A stretch of 62,000 nt of DNA, taken from NCBI GenBank assembly GCA_013265495.1, contig MU058714.1, forward strand, positions 868,001 through 930,000, given 5' to 3'. The notes below the pieces were generated by a model. The model worked only from the letters and a program-made list of their open reading frames with translations. It had not been told where the DNA came from and did no database searches. The first letter of the stretch is position 1. Each line of letters begins with the position of its first letter. The position numbers were made by a program, and so were the translations under genes. This document shows positions 24,441 to 37,149 of the stretch, one piece after another. This DNA comes from Vicugna vicugna. Its lineage: Eukaryota.

Positions 24441-27400
24441 TTAAATCACTGCCCAGGCTCCCTGGGCCATCTGCTGCTGGGAACCGAGCTTGCAAAACGC
24501 AGGCAGGACAGAGACCACATGTCGCATGATTCCTTGGGACACGTCCAGACTAGGCTGGGGGCGGGGGCGGGGGATGGAGAGTGACCTCATATGGGCACGA
24601 CTGTTTCTTTCTGGAGTGATGGATTGTGGGGATGGTGGCAAATCTCTAAATGTTCTAAAACAGGTGGACTTTATGATATATCAGTAACGCTGTTTAGAAA
24701 CGCGTGAAGGCACTGTGGCTGGAAGTCCTCGGGGCCATATTTTGTTCCTTTCTCCCCTTTTCTGCGCCTGTCGATGCCAAGCTCCCCCGGTGGATGTTGT
24801 GGGAGGAGGGGAGGTGGTGCCCTATGGGAACAGCCCACTGGGGTCCCTGCCTGTGTGGGAGCTTTGCCTCTGAGGCTTCCTGCTTGGGCTGCCTGGGCGC
24901 CCTGACTCCCTCCCTCCCCCACAGGCCCCCTCCCCTGCACCTCCCATCCACTGCTGCCTCTGGGTCCCTGCTCTCCCTTAGATTTTGACCTTGTAGTTTC
25001 TTGCCAGCTTGCCAGCTCCTCAGTGCTGTTGAGGAGGGTGGAAATCAAAAGACAGCAAAGCATTTGGCCCAGGTCCCCTCCTGGCCCGCACTGCCCCTTC
25101 CAGCTGGGCGGGGAAGACCTTGCCGTCCACATCATCGCCGGATGTGGAGGTCCTCCCTGTTCCCTTGTTCCCACACGCCTATTAAACACTTCTGGTGCTT
25201 TTGGGCCCCTTTCCTGCCACTTACTAATCAAACAAGTGTTATGAACTAGCTCTTCAATCTCATAAAACAGTTCCTCAGTTTTAGTGGGTCTAGTACTGGG
25301 GCTGATGGCTGGAACTGGGGGTCAGAGGTAATCCATATGATTCTAAATGTCTGCATTTTATTTTTACCAGGATAATTTGAGAAATGAAGTTGATTTCGGG
25401 GGATACAGATTGGGGGAGGCTTTGAAACAAGCTGGCCACATTTGTACGCCAGAATTTTTTACTAAGGAAATAAGCGTCGTAACTACTGTGGCTTACAGAA
25501 TTCCCACTCCTTTTGTGTCTTGGAGTGTTTGGTTAGGTATGTCAGGCTCCGGTTTTTGTGAATCACTCACAGCAGCGCGCTTCTCTGGGTGAGCGGAGAC
25601 ACCAGGTGTGGGAGGAGCCAGAGGGGGAGAGCCTCCGCCCTGCCGATGAAATACAGTGAACAGGGCTTCCGCTAAATTAACGACACAGCAGGCCGCATTT
25701 ACTGAGTTAGTGAATTAAAGTGAGGTTAATAAGAAGCTTGAGCTCAAAATCTACAGTGTGTTAACTCGCGTATAAACAGTCATAATTTTGAGACATGGTA
25801 TTACTTTCTCGTGTTGCAGTCGTTTTTATTCCAGGCTTTCAGCTCATTCCTGCGAATTTATATCCCTGTGTGACAAAAGGTCGTGGGGCGCGGGGCTGTG
25901 AGGCTGTCGATGCGGACACACACAGTCACACCCTTTGAAACTGCAAACTGTATGAAAATCCGATCCCAGAAGGCAGGGGCCCGCCTCCCGGCCCTGGTAG
26001 GCCTGTAGCATCTTCCAGGTCTGTGTCAAATGCTAACTCTTCCTGAACCCTGCCTTTACCGCCGCCTGTTTAAATCCCATAGTGTTCTGTACCTTTCTGT
26101 GCCTTGGAACATGAATTACTTTCATTTTATAATTTACCGTTTTATCCTTTTCACCTTTTTAGAAGATTTGTAGAAGAAAGCAACGTCATAGATTTGAGAA
26201 GTCGAAGAAAGCAGTAATAGTCACGAAGTAGTGCCGAGAGCTGCCACGTGCGTGTTGGTCTCCTTTCCCGTCACGCTTCCGGTGCTTATGCAGTCGCACT
26301 GCTGCCATCGTGACAGCCATGCAGCTCTCTGTCTTACTGTTTCACTTTCACGTGGCGTTTTCCTGGGTCACAAAGTATTCTTCTCACTGATTTTTGACGG
26401 CTCCGTGTCGGTCCATGTTTTATTCTCCTGTGGTCAGCCGTCCAGGTTCACCTTGCGTGGTTCCCTTCCCCGGTGTTTCGACCAATTTCCTTGGTGTGGA
26501 TTCTGGAAGTCGGAGAGCCGGGAGGGGACCCCGCAGGGCGGGTGCAGAGACCGCAGCCCTGGTTCGCGTGCCGCTCCTGCCGCCCTGAGGCACTGCTGCT
26601 CTGACCCGATCTACCTGAAATGTCGTCTCTCTTCCACAGACTGCTCTCACTAATACGTTTTTCTTTCCCTTTTCCCCGCAGAAGTGGGGACACCTTCCTT
26701 GGTTAGAATCAAAAGGTTCATGACAAGGCGCCCTGTCGGCGTTTGCAGTGAAAAAGTATTCGTACTTATGTTTTTGGATAGAAAAGTGTTTTATTCATGG
26801 AATAGTAGCTAACTCGTGCTGCTCTGCAATACCGCGTTTTAAAGTGTCCCCTAGCAGTGCGGATGTCCAGCGTGGTCCCCAGGGGGGCCACTCCTGGGGT
26901 GCCCATCCCCGTCGGGTCCGGGCTCATGCACGCCGGTGGTGCTTTAGGGTCTGCTTGGTGAACGTGCGGCCGTTCTCTGTCCGTGCTCGTTCCGCGGCTG
27001 GTTCTTACTCACACGCTGAATCTTGCGTAACTCTAGTACACCTATCAGCCTCGCCCAAGTGAGGGGCTTCAGAAACCGTGCAGACCCCTTCAGTTGCCAC
27101 CTCAACACGTCACCTGTCCCACCAGAGCCTCGGAAGCCTGGGAAGCTCATGGTCACTGTGGATGTGGGAGGCGGAGGAAGAGCAAGCCTTTCCTTTCCCC
27201 GAAGGAGGTGGGAGTCGGACCTCGGCCGTGCATCCCCAGCACCCTCAGCCAGCCTGCTGCCTTGTCCGCGGGCTGCTTTAAAGAGAGGAAACTAAGATAT
27301 TTCAGAGAGGCCTGTGACCCACGTCCAGCCTAGCTGTAGCCATGTTTCCGGAATCGGGCATTTCAGTGCGGTTGTGTGCGAAGGTCTTCATTAGCTCTTC

Positions 27401-28149
27401 ATTTCTATTCATGGCTTTGAGTCCTGGGTTCCACCTGTGGCATCGTTCCTGCCTCAGTGCTGCCCGGGAGGCGGACCCACAGCTCTGCATCCGTGATTGA
27501 CTGTTTTGCTTCTGTATTTTAGAAGAATTACCAAAGTTTTTAAACGGTTGACTTACAAATGTTTAGAAAAGTACTGATCACTTGGTATGACTGTATTTTC
27601 CCACAGTTCAGGCTATGTCTCCTGATTTTTATTTCCTTTTCCAGGAGAATTTCTTTGGAGTCACACACACATTTTTCTTTTCTCCCTTTTTATACAAAAA
27701 TTGAGATCATATTCTAGATACAGGTTTATCCCCAGTCCTTTCCACTTAACATCACGTTGTGTGTATTTCCTCTTATTAGTTACATATTCTTTAAAGACAT
27801 GGCTTCCATTGGGTTCACGGGGGCCGGAGGCTGTTTAATTTTGAGGTTTCCCGTTGCTGCTGCGCCTGTGGTTTCTGCCCACTTCTCTGTTAGACATTTA
27901 ACTCCCTTCTGAGTTTTCGGTGTTGTAAGTAATGCTGTGATGAGTCTTTGTGTATAAATCTTCATCCGGACCTCTGGATGTTTCCTTCGCACACGCTTCT
28001 AGAAGTCATAAATACCTGGGTGTGAGCTCAGTAAGGGATACTGACATGTTTTGCAAAATTGTTGTTCAGGAGGGTGTTTTACGATGTGGCGTATTAACAG
28101 AAAATGTAGTGTATTTACTAAGGCCAGCAGAGCAGGCGGTGACCGCCGG

Positions 28150-28575
28150 TGAGGAGACAGTTTCTCACTCCGGTTTCTGAGAGCAGAGGGCTTGCCCGCC
28201 ACATGGGGAGGCCCTGGGGTGGGGGGCGCTGTGGGCAAGCACCTTTACTGGGGCTTCTGCTGGAAGGAGGGGGCTCCGCAGAGGAAGCTGGCTAAGGATG
28301 GCTAGTTTGAACGAAGTCTGCAGGCTCTGGGGTGCAGGGCGGGCCTGCGGTGTCAGATTCCTGGACTTGGGTGGTTAGTGGCCTGAGCGAGGGCTCCTGT
28401 GGGAGGCAGGTGGGGGCGTGGGCTCTGGGGGTGTGGTGGCTGCTCTGTCTTTGAAAGGTGAGCTGTTTGCTGTCTTGAGAAAGGGGCAGTCACTCCAGGA
28501 TCACTCCAGGGTCAGCAAGGCCCCAGAAGGCAGAGCATCAGAAACACGGGAAACGAAGGACTTGGTGAAAATGGA
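28150..28575 (-). mobile_element. MER74-like ERVL solo LTR
   Basis: ggctagtttgaa, gggctctgg and ccagggtcagcaaggccccaga...gcatcagaa match the remembered reverse MER74-type LTR. Confidence 0.6.
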
Positions 28576-31500
28576 AGGTTTCCCGTTTGCATGCCTGCTA
28601 GTGGGTCTGAGAACGCTTCTTTCCAGCCCGCGGCATTGCCGTTAACGTGCTGTTTGTGCTGAGGTGGGACCTGGCGCCTTTGCTGTTTCGGTTCCGCGTT
28701 TCAGGTGCTTGTCGCCGAGCCTGTTCGCTCGTGTCGGGGCAGTTGCGTTGCTTTGCTAGTTGTGCCCTTTGCCCGTTTATGAGTGAGACTGTGGCCCAGG
28801 TGCGCTCCGGGGCCTCAGCCCTGGGCCGTTGGCTCCCGGGCTCCTACAGCCTGGAGGGAGGGCCCCTCGAGCTCGGGTGCCCACCCTGTCCTGTTCAGCA
28901 CTCTCGTCTGTGCCTCGGGGAAAGGTTTGGAAGGAGCACTTGCTGTGTTTGCCGAGGATACAGGATTGGGAGGGCCAGGTGATAATGTAGATGACAGAAC
29001 CAGGGTTGAACATGATCTTGAAAGGGCAGAATGTGGGTGGAAAGTGGTAAAATACACGGGGAGGCTCTGCTGGGCCTGCGCCTGGCTCCTCCTGCCCCCC
29101 GCACCCCTCCCTCTCTCCTCCTGCCCCTCCCCCTCCTGCCCCCTAAAAAAAAACCTGCCCCCCTCGGGCCCTCACTCCCTGCCCCACCCCCACTGGTTCC
29201 CGTTCCTGCTTCTCCCACCGCGTGCATGTGTACAGATGGAGTTCAGCAGTTCGTATGCAAAGACTAGGGACGTGAAAAAGCTGAGTGCTTGCCTGTAAAC
29301 GTCCGTCCGTGGCCTCTGAGACCACGCTGGAGTGCTTTACTTAATTCTAGATGTGCTCTTCTGAGAGGCTGTCACAGACCAGACAGACGGAAGACGGCAG
29401 GGCACAGTGGCTAAGGTCCCGGGGGTCCTGGACGCAGAGGCCCTTCTGTGGTGGGGAAGAGGGGGTGCGTGGAGTGAGGGGGAGGCCAGAGGGCAGCTGG
29501 GCCAGCTGCCGCTGGGCGTCTGAGAGGGAGTGGACCGGCCTGCGGCTCCTGAGAGCCGACTGGGGACAGACCCCGGTGGCCCGGCCCAGCAGAAGTGACC
29601 CTCACGGGGACGCTGGACACTCAGCCCTGTCAGCTAATTCCTGCTGGGAACGTTCTGGGGTAACGGGACGGCCGTCTCCCGGGACACGAGGACTGCTGTG
29701 CGCCTAGAAGGGCGCTGTGTGCAATGGGAAGGGATGCCAGGCGGGCCGGAACTGAGAGCCCTGCTCGCTGACTCGGGGCTTTGTGATTCTTCAGCCCCGC
29801 TGTACCTCGCTTTCCTGCACATTGGAGGGCTGGCACTTGTTTCCCGAGATCGGTGCGAGCGTCTAGGGAGGCCACGATGCTCGGTCCCACGAGGGCTGCC
29901 TCCCTGTCCTTCAGGAAGAGCTGCGCCACGTGGCCCCCAGGCCCCGTCACGCTGAACCGCACGCCGCCGCCGTGCTCACGTGAGTGCCAATACCCCGCAC
30001 ACGGACTGTGGGGACGACAGCAGAGCCTACGGACGACAGAGCTCTAAACCTGAGGCCTTCCTGTTAGAACGTTCATCGCATTTTCAGCTCTGCTCGTGCT
30101 TTCAGTGCACAGGGGGCGAGCAAGCTCAAGGCCCGTCCTTGTCCTCTGCTGCCTTCCCGTCACCCCAGGGCCCTGGTGAGGGGTCTGTAGGGTGGACTGG
30201 GGGCGCCTGTGCCGCTTCTGGGCCCTCGCTGTGCTGAGGGAGCCGCTGGGCGTCTCTGTTCTCAGAAGCTTCATCTATAAAACAAGAATAAGGATCCTGG
30301 CCTCCTCGTTCTGGCGGGGAGGGGGGCGCTCGCTAGGCCCTGCCCGGGAAGGGCCTGAGCTCCTCCGAGGGGAGGCAGGCACCGCGGGCCGGAGGCCGGC
30401 TCTGGCTGGTAATCGGCCCTGCGGGTGCGTTCGCGGCCATGGGGTTTTCAGCTTGCTGTGGCCACAGGCCGGAGGAGGACGTCTAGCTTTTCCTTCGGGC
30501 CGTGTGGCGTAGACAGCGGGACCTTTGCCCAGCATCCATTTCCCTGAAGGGAGAGGGTGTGTTCTGGGTCCCAGAGCGTGGCTCACTGCCTCCTGTCCTC
30601 CTGTGTCCCCGGCCTCCGGCGCCCTCGGCCGTGACTGAGAAGCGTGGAACGTGCTGTTCTTGTTTGCTTGTGACGCCACCGGGCGTGTCCCTGACTTGCG
30701 TGGGGGTCTCTGAGGCACGGTCTCCGGGGAAAGAGAACCAAGAGGATGTGAGTGTGGACTCCGTGATGGCAGAGGCTGATCCGTCCAGAACCTGCAGGAG
30801 GGCCCGCAGGCTGGGGACCCGGGGAAGGGCTGCTGCTGTGACTCAGGCCTGGAGGCTGGTGCAGACCTCACCGTTCCTCGGGAGGTCCGCCTTCTGTTCT
30901 GGCCAGGCCTTCACCTGATTGCACAAGGCCCGCCACGCTCAGGAGGGCAGCCCACTTTACTCGGGGCCAGCCCACTGATGTGGCTGTTAGTCTCCTCCAG
31001 AAAGGTGCTCACAGAATCCTGCCGGACCCCGTGTCCGGGCTCTGAGGCACAGTCAGGTAGACGCATCAGATGAACCAGCACCGGCGTCTTTCTGCAGAGC
31101 GCTGGGTGGCGTGGCCGCCGGCCGCAGGGCAGGCTGCCTGGAGGCCGAGGCGGGTGTGCCAGGGGAGGTGGAGCCAGCAGCCCCACGCTTTCATATCTCC
31201 AGCCTTTTCTGTTCTGAGCGCAATGTTCTTTCTAAGTTGTAAAGGGGGATAAATGAACATCCTGAATCGCACTTTAATGAAGTTCATTTTTTGTTGCTAG
31301 GGAGAGCTGCAGGAAAACTGCTCACCTGGGGCTTCAGAGGAGGGCGGTGCTGTGCTGGATTTTTCTTTGAGCTTTTAAGGTCAGAAGTCTGGGGAACTTA
31401 AAAAAATGTGTAAAAATATAAACACTTACACTTAGTAGAGTGACTCACAAGTAACTGCCTGTCAGGACGAGTGGGAGCGTGTGGGAAGCAGCCCGGGGCC

Positions 31501-33699
31501 TCATCCTGCCCACGTGCAGCGCCACGGGACCCCTCCCCCCGGCAAGAGACGGGCCTCGTGCGTTGTGGGGCTTCCTCTGTGTGTGCTCTTCACCGTGGCC
31601 CAGGGGCGTGGCACAGAAAGCCCTTTTCCATGGTTTCATTTCTCTCAATGCGCCCCCTCCACCTCCCTTAGATTCCCCCTTTCCGCGTGAGGACCGCTGA
31701 CTGCAGAGCCCGCCGCCTCACTGCTCGGCCTGTTTGGAATGTGGATGCCGTCAGTATGATGCTACTTTGATCTATTATTTATTTAGAACATTTTTTTTAA
31801 TCATGAGAAAATGAGAATTATGTTTCAAACTTTGAATTAAATCAAGCCTTTGGTAGCTGGTGAGTCATAAAACTTTATTAAAATAAATGATCTCAGATGT
31901 GTGGGGTATTTACTGACAAGATGCTACCAGAGGTTCCAACATTTAAAATGAGCCACATATTATTTATATCATTTCAGGAAATATAAAAGAGCATGAGCTG
32001 GTTATCTGGGCTTTTTTATCCTTTTCCCCAACTTCTCTGTGCTTTTCCAAAAGAGAGCGAGATTTTGCTTCTATGTGAGGAGGCAGGGAAAGCTGGGGAA
32101 GGGGGCCAGCCGGAACCTGAGTTAAGGCGGAACTGTGTAAGACTGTCCCGGGTTTTGTAACATCCCATCACCGTTCCAGCGCTCCGGCTGGTTGTCTTTC
32201 CCTGGGGGTGCTTCTGGAGCGCAGGGCGGCTCTGCCGCACGCCTCCAGGGGGCGCCACCCAGCCCTTGCGCGGGGCTCCTGACCCCGGGTCTGTGTGCCT
32301 GGAGCAGCTGCGTGGTTGAAGGAAGTGGTGGTCTTGGGCAGCTTTACTTGGGGCTGTTTGCATGCAGGTTAGAAATAAGACGCTTTATAATGTGTAGTTT
32401 TGAGGAGGGGCCTGGAGATTTACTTCTTCCGGAGACTGTTGTTTTCGGATTGGGTTTTAAAATACTTGAATGTCTATTCAACAAACTGTGTAGTGACTAG
32501 AGGTTCAGAATTTGCAATATTTATGGAAAATACTCATTCTGAACCTGCTTCCGAGGGCAGCCCCGTGTGCCCGCAGCCGGCTCCAGGCCTTCCGCGGGGA
32601 GCGTGGGATGCTGCCCCGAGGCTTCTGGGGCACGGCCGCAGGTCTGCTCGCGCAGCCGCTGTTGGCAGCGTGTCAGGAGGCGCCGGGCAGGTGGAGGGGC
32701 CCCGCGAGGGCATCAATCCTCCGATTCTGGCGCAGAGTTAATTGTCTGGTTCAAGTGGGAAGCTGTACGTCAACCAGGCGTCAGCCCGCCCTATCTCTCC
32801 TGCAGATGCGAGCTTTACACAGGCCTATTTTTCTCTGAAATTGAGCCTGGGAGACAGACCCGTACTTGAGTTGTGGTAGATTTGGCTGGATTGAGACTCG
32901 TGGAGCTGGCTGGATTCCTCCTGCCTGCCCCGGCCGGCAGCCACGCCATGCCCCGGTGACACGTGGAGGGCCGCACTGCACACTGACGTCCTCCTCAAGG
33001 AAGTGAGAACCGTGGCGTTGCAGAGCGAACACAGCAGGACGCCGCGCAGCGCGCTCGCACCTCCTCTGCGTCCCCGGGGAGCCCTCTGGCCGCCTGCTGG
33101 GTCTGTGCGTTGTGTGGGCTCTCCTGACCCCAAGCCTCCGTGGGCTGAGGTTCAAGGTCCCGGGGGGGACACGGGGGGCAGCCTCAGGCGACGCCGGCCC
33201 CTTTCACGCCAGCTGCCCTAAGGGAGCAGCTGGAAGTCGGTCCTGGGGCTGAGTTCCCCGAGGCTTCCAGCGCTTCAAGGTCTGGCTGGAGTGTCGGCCG
33301 TTTCCTCTGCTGATTTTCGCTCCTTCTGGTCTTCGCGACTTTTTGCTGGTGTGAGAGTGGCTCACGTTCCTCAGGCTGGCCTTTAACATGCTCGGTGGCG
33401 AGAAAATACTCCCTCCCCCATTAGCGAACAGACGGTTTTGTAACTCAGCTTCAGAAAATGTGGAGTGAAAACACGAACCCGTCCTGTGCCACTGCAGCTC
33501 TGTTTTCTCTAACCTCTGTGTGTTTTAGCAATGTGCTGTGGATACAGAAAGACACAGAAAGCAAACGCGCGGTGAAGCGGATACCCAGGCAGCAGCCCTG
33601 GGGTGACGATGACCGTCACGGCCGGAAGGTCGCCCGCTGGCCCTGGTGTCAGAGCCCCTGCACGTGGACGGTGTCCCGAGCCACGTCCCCGTCGTCCCG

Positions 33700-36110
33700 C
33701 TGCCACGGGGTGGGTGACCGCGCATCCAGCCCGCAGGTGTGGAGCGCTCAGCTTACTGCGTTATGAGCGGTGCTGTTATGAATGTGTTTGCGGAAGTCTT
33801 TTGGTTAGCACTTACACAGATTTTGGGGGGGAGGGTAGAGCCCAGGAGTAGAAATGCAGGCGAACGGGGTGCACAGACGTTCCGTTCTAGAAGGAATGCC
33901 GGTGGCTTCCCGGAGGGCCGGCTATGGGTGTGAGTTCTGGTTGCTCTGCGTGTGACCAACTCGTATTTTCATTTCAGTCACTCCTGTGGGTGTGGCTGCA
34001 TCGTGGTTTTCTCGTTTCTTCTGTGCCTAGTGGAACTGAGTACCTTCTCCCCCATGTACAGCCCTAGGTTGGCCTCTCTGTGAAAGGCCCATGCAGGCTT
34101 TTTGCCCGGCCCTCTGCTGGCTGTTTTGTGCTGATTTGTAGGAATTCTTGGTGTGTTCTAGACTAAGTCCTTTTAAAATGTACCCGACGGGTGGCATTGC
34201 TTGTCCTACTCTGCGATGTGATTTTTCAGTCTTTCTGTGGACTCTTTTGGTAACAGAAACACTTAATTATACTGCAGTTGAATGTGCGACTGGCTCCCCT
34301 GTGGTTCATGCTTGTGTTAAAGTCCTTGTCCTGTAGCGCCCCCCGAAAGCTTCGCAGCCTCACTGTCGACCTTAGGTCTGCAGCTCGGGTGCCGCGAGCC
34401 CAGTGTGCCGAGGCCGTCCCTGCTCATGCCCGCCGTCCTGGCGCAGTGGCTCATGGCACCCTTTTCCACTCCATGAAATGTCCATCTTGGAGGATGAATC
34501 GCACAGTCAGACTAGCTGCTGCCTACCCGGCGTTGCTGTCTGCTTATGGCGTGAAGTTCGGGTCCAGTTTGTTTTTAGACTGAGGCGCAGTTGGTTTACG
34601 AGGCTGTGCTGGTTTCTGGGGCCCAGCACAGAGGTTCGGCCGTACGTATGTGTGTACTCCTTTCCGCTGTGGGCCGTGGCAGGGCGCTGACTGCAGCCCC
34701 CGTGCTGTGCGGCCGCACTTCGCTGTCTGCCAGCTCTGCTGCCCTCGCAGGAGTGTGCGCGTGTGGAAAGGCCCCGTGCCTCTCGTTGCCGGTCTGCAGA
34801 GCCGCCTCCGCCGTAAATCGAGGGCTGAGTGTGCCTGACCCCGCGTCTGCCCGCTCAGTGCTGTTCAGGGACCTGCTTGTCACTCTCCTCACCTCTGTGC
34901 CGTCACGGAATCTGGAAGAGCAGACGGTCCCATCCTGTCTTGATCCTCCTCACGAGTGTCTTGGCCTTTCTGGTCCTCTTCCATTTCCATAATGTTTTAG
35001 AATCAGTGGGTTGAATCCCACTGACGGGGCAGGGAGACCCATCAAGATCCTGGCTGTGGTGTAACTGAACCTGCAGGTCCACAGACGATTTGGGCAGGGA
35101 ATGGACCTCTTTCGACATGAGGTTTTCTAATTAACCACGTAGAAGCTTTCATGTCTTTTGCTGAATTTATTCACGCTGTTTTGTGGTGTCTCAGAAACTT
35201 CACGTCATTTGTTCTTCCGTGTGGGAGTGCAGTTGACTTTATGCACTGATTTAGTGTCCGGCGTCCTTGCCGAGCAGCCTTATTAATCTGAGTGTTTATC
35301 AACATGTTCTTTTGCATTTCTGTAAGCGTGACCCTAATCTTCTGCAACTAATGACAGATGTGTTTCTTCTGTTCCAGTCTTTATATGCACTCTTCCTTTT
35401 CTGTCTTTACCTGTGCTGCACTGACCGGGACTGGGCGGGGGTGGAACTGAGGGCCCCCTCAGCAGGCTCCTTATCTCAGAGGGGGGACTTTCAGTCCTTC
35501 ACTGTTAAGTATGATTTTTGCTGTAAGTTTTGGCAGACAGTCTTGATCAGATTAAGGAATCTCCCTTTTTGCTGCAAGAGTTGTTTTTATGTTGAGTGGC
35601 TGTTGAGTGGTATTAAACGCTTGCTCTGCCTCTGCTGCGGTGACTGTGTGCCTCTTCTCCTTCGGCGTGCTGCCGCGGCGAGGCTGACGCGCGCGCACAC
35701 GCGCACGCGGCGGTTCCGCAGTCAGACCTGGCCTGCATCCCGGCGAGAACCCGGCGTGGGCGCCGTGTCTCGTGCTTTCTGTGCGCCGCTGGGTTTGGCC
35801 TACTTGCCTGCTTACCCGTGTTCTTGATGAGAGGGGCCGTTCCCCCTCGCACTTCCTTCTTGTTGGGTGTAGGAGCCAAAGTTATGCCGGCATGGATACG
35901 AGCCTGGGGTGCTTCCCGTTTGCTTACTCCCTGGCTTTCGGGGCGAGCTGTAGGACTTCCCAGTTGCTCATCTGGGTCTAAGTTACCTCCGTGGGACGTT
36001 TTTGATGAGCACTTGGTTTTTAAGTGGTTCTAGGAGTTTCCGTGTTTCTCTGCCTTCAGGAGTCAGTTTTGGAGAGCTGCGTTTTTCTAGGAACTTGACT
36101 CTTCATCCAG
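33700..36110 (-). mobile_element. Ancient, GC-shifted antisense L1 fragments
   Basis: Relics such as ctgatttgtaggaattctt, tttccataatgttttagaatcag, ttcactgttaagtatgat and gattaaggaatctccc. Confidence 0.6.
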
Positions 36111-37149
36111 GAGGTTAAACCCTCAGTGGTGGCGCGTCGTGCAGAGTGTCCTCTTCTTCCCAGCGCGTGTGGAGCTTGCTCGTCTGTCCTGGCGGTGGTG
36201 ATTGGTGCCTTGCGTCTTCTCCCTTGGTTACTCGCGAGAGCGTCCGCCCCCCGCAGGGCAGGACTGCCTCAAGCAGGAGGGTTGGTTCCTGGTGGAGGGG
36301 ACAGGAAGGCTCTTACTCTTCACGCACCGCGGCGTCCAGCACACAGACGTGCCGCTTCCCGCAGCGCTGGGCTCCGTGAGGAGGGCCGTCGGGAGAAGAG
36401 CGCCCGGCCGCCCTTGGAGCGGGTGATGAGGAGGCGGCGGGAGGCGCTGCTCTGGGGGGTTGTTGTTTTTGGAGAGCAGGCTTTGTCGACCTTCTGTTTT
36501 GAAGGTCATGAGTTTCTGGTCTTTGTTTCCTTTCTGTCACTTTCCTCGGGTTTGTCTGCTCTCCCCCGACTTCATGTGATGGATGCTTCCTCACTTATTC
36601 TCAGCTTCTCTCCTGTCTGTGCTCATGTCTATGCCTTCCCCTCACCAGTGCAGCTTTACCCTGTCCCCCTAGCTGTGACTTCTGCACCTGCTTCCCACTC
36701 GGAGGCCTGGAAGCTAAAGCCAGGGTGACCCAGGCGAGGAGTGGGAAGATGGCTGGATTTGCTGTAACCAGCGAGGAGAAGGAGCGAGAGGCCTGGGCTG
36801 AGCTGTGCTGGGGCTCGTGGGCCCCGGTAAAGAGCCGGAATTTGCGTCACACGTGCTGGGGATCCACTGCTGGGTTTTGTCAGGGGAGTGGTGTCCTTTG
36901 ACGTCTGTTTAAGAGACTTGAGAATGGACTGTAGGGGCTGGGGTTGCCCCGTGGGGGAGACTCGGGCTGCTCTGCTCTGCAGGTAGGAGGTGCTCGCCAC
37001 TTGCTTGGGGTGGGGGGCGGTGGTGGTCGGGGGCTGTGCACTGTGGGAGCGGTGACAGGACAACTACGCACAGCTGACAGGTAACCTCTATCCGACAGAT
37101 TGCTGATTGCCACCTCTGGCCCGAAAGGTCTTAGTATCGCGTAGCTTTG

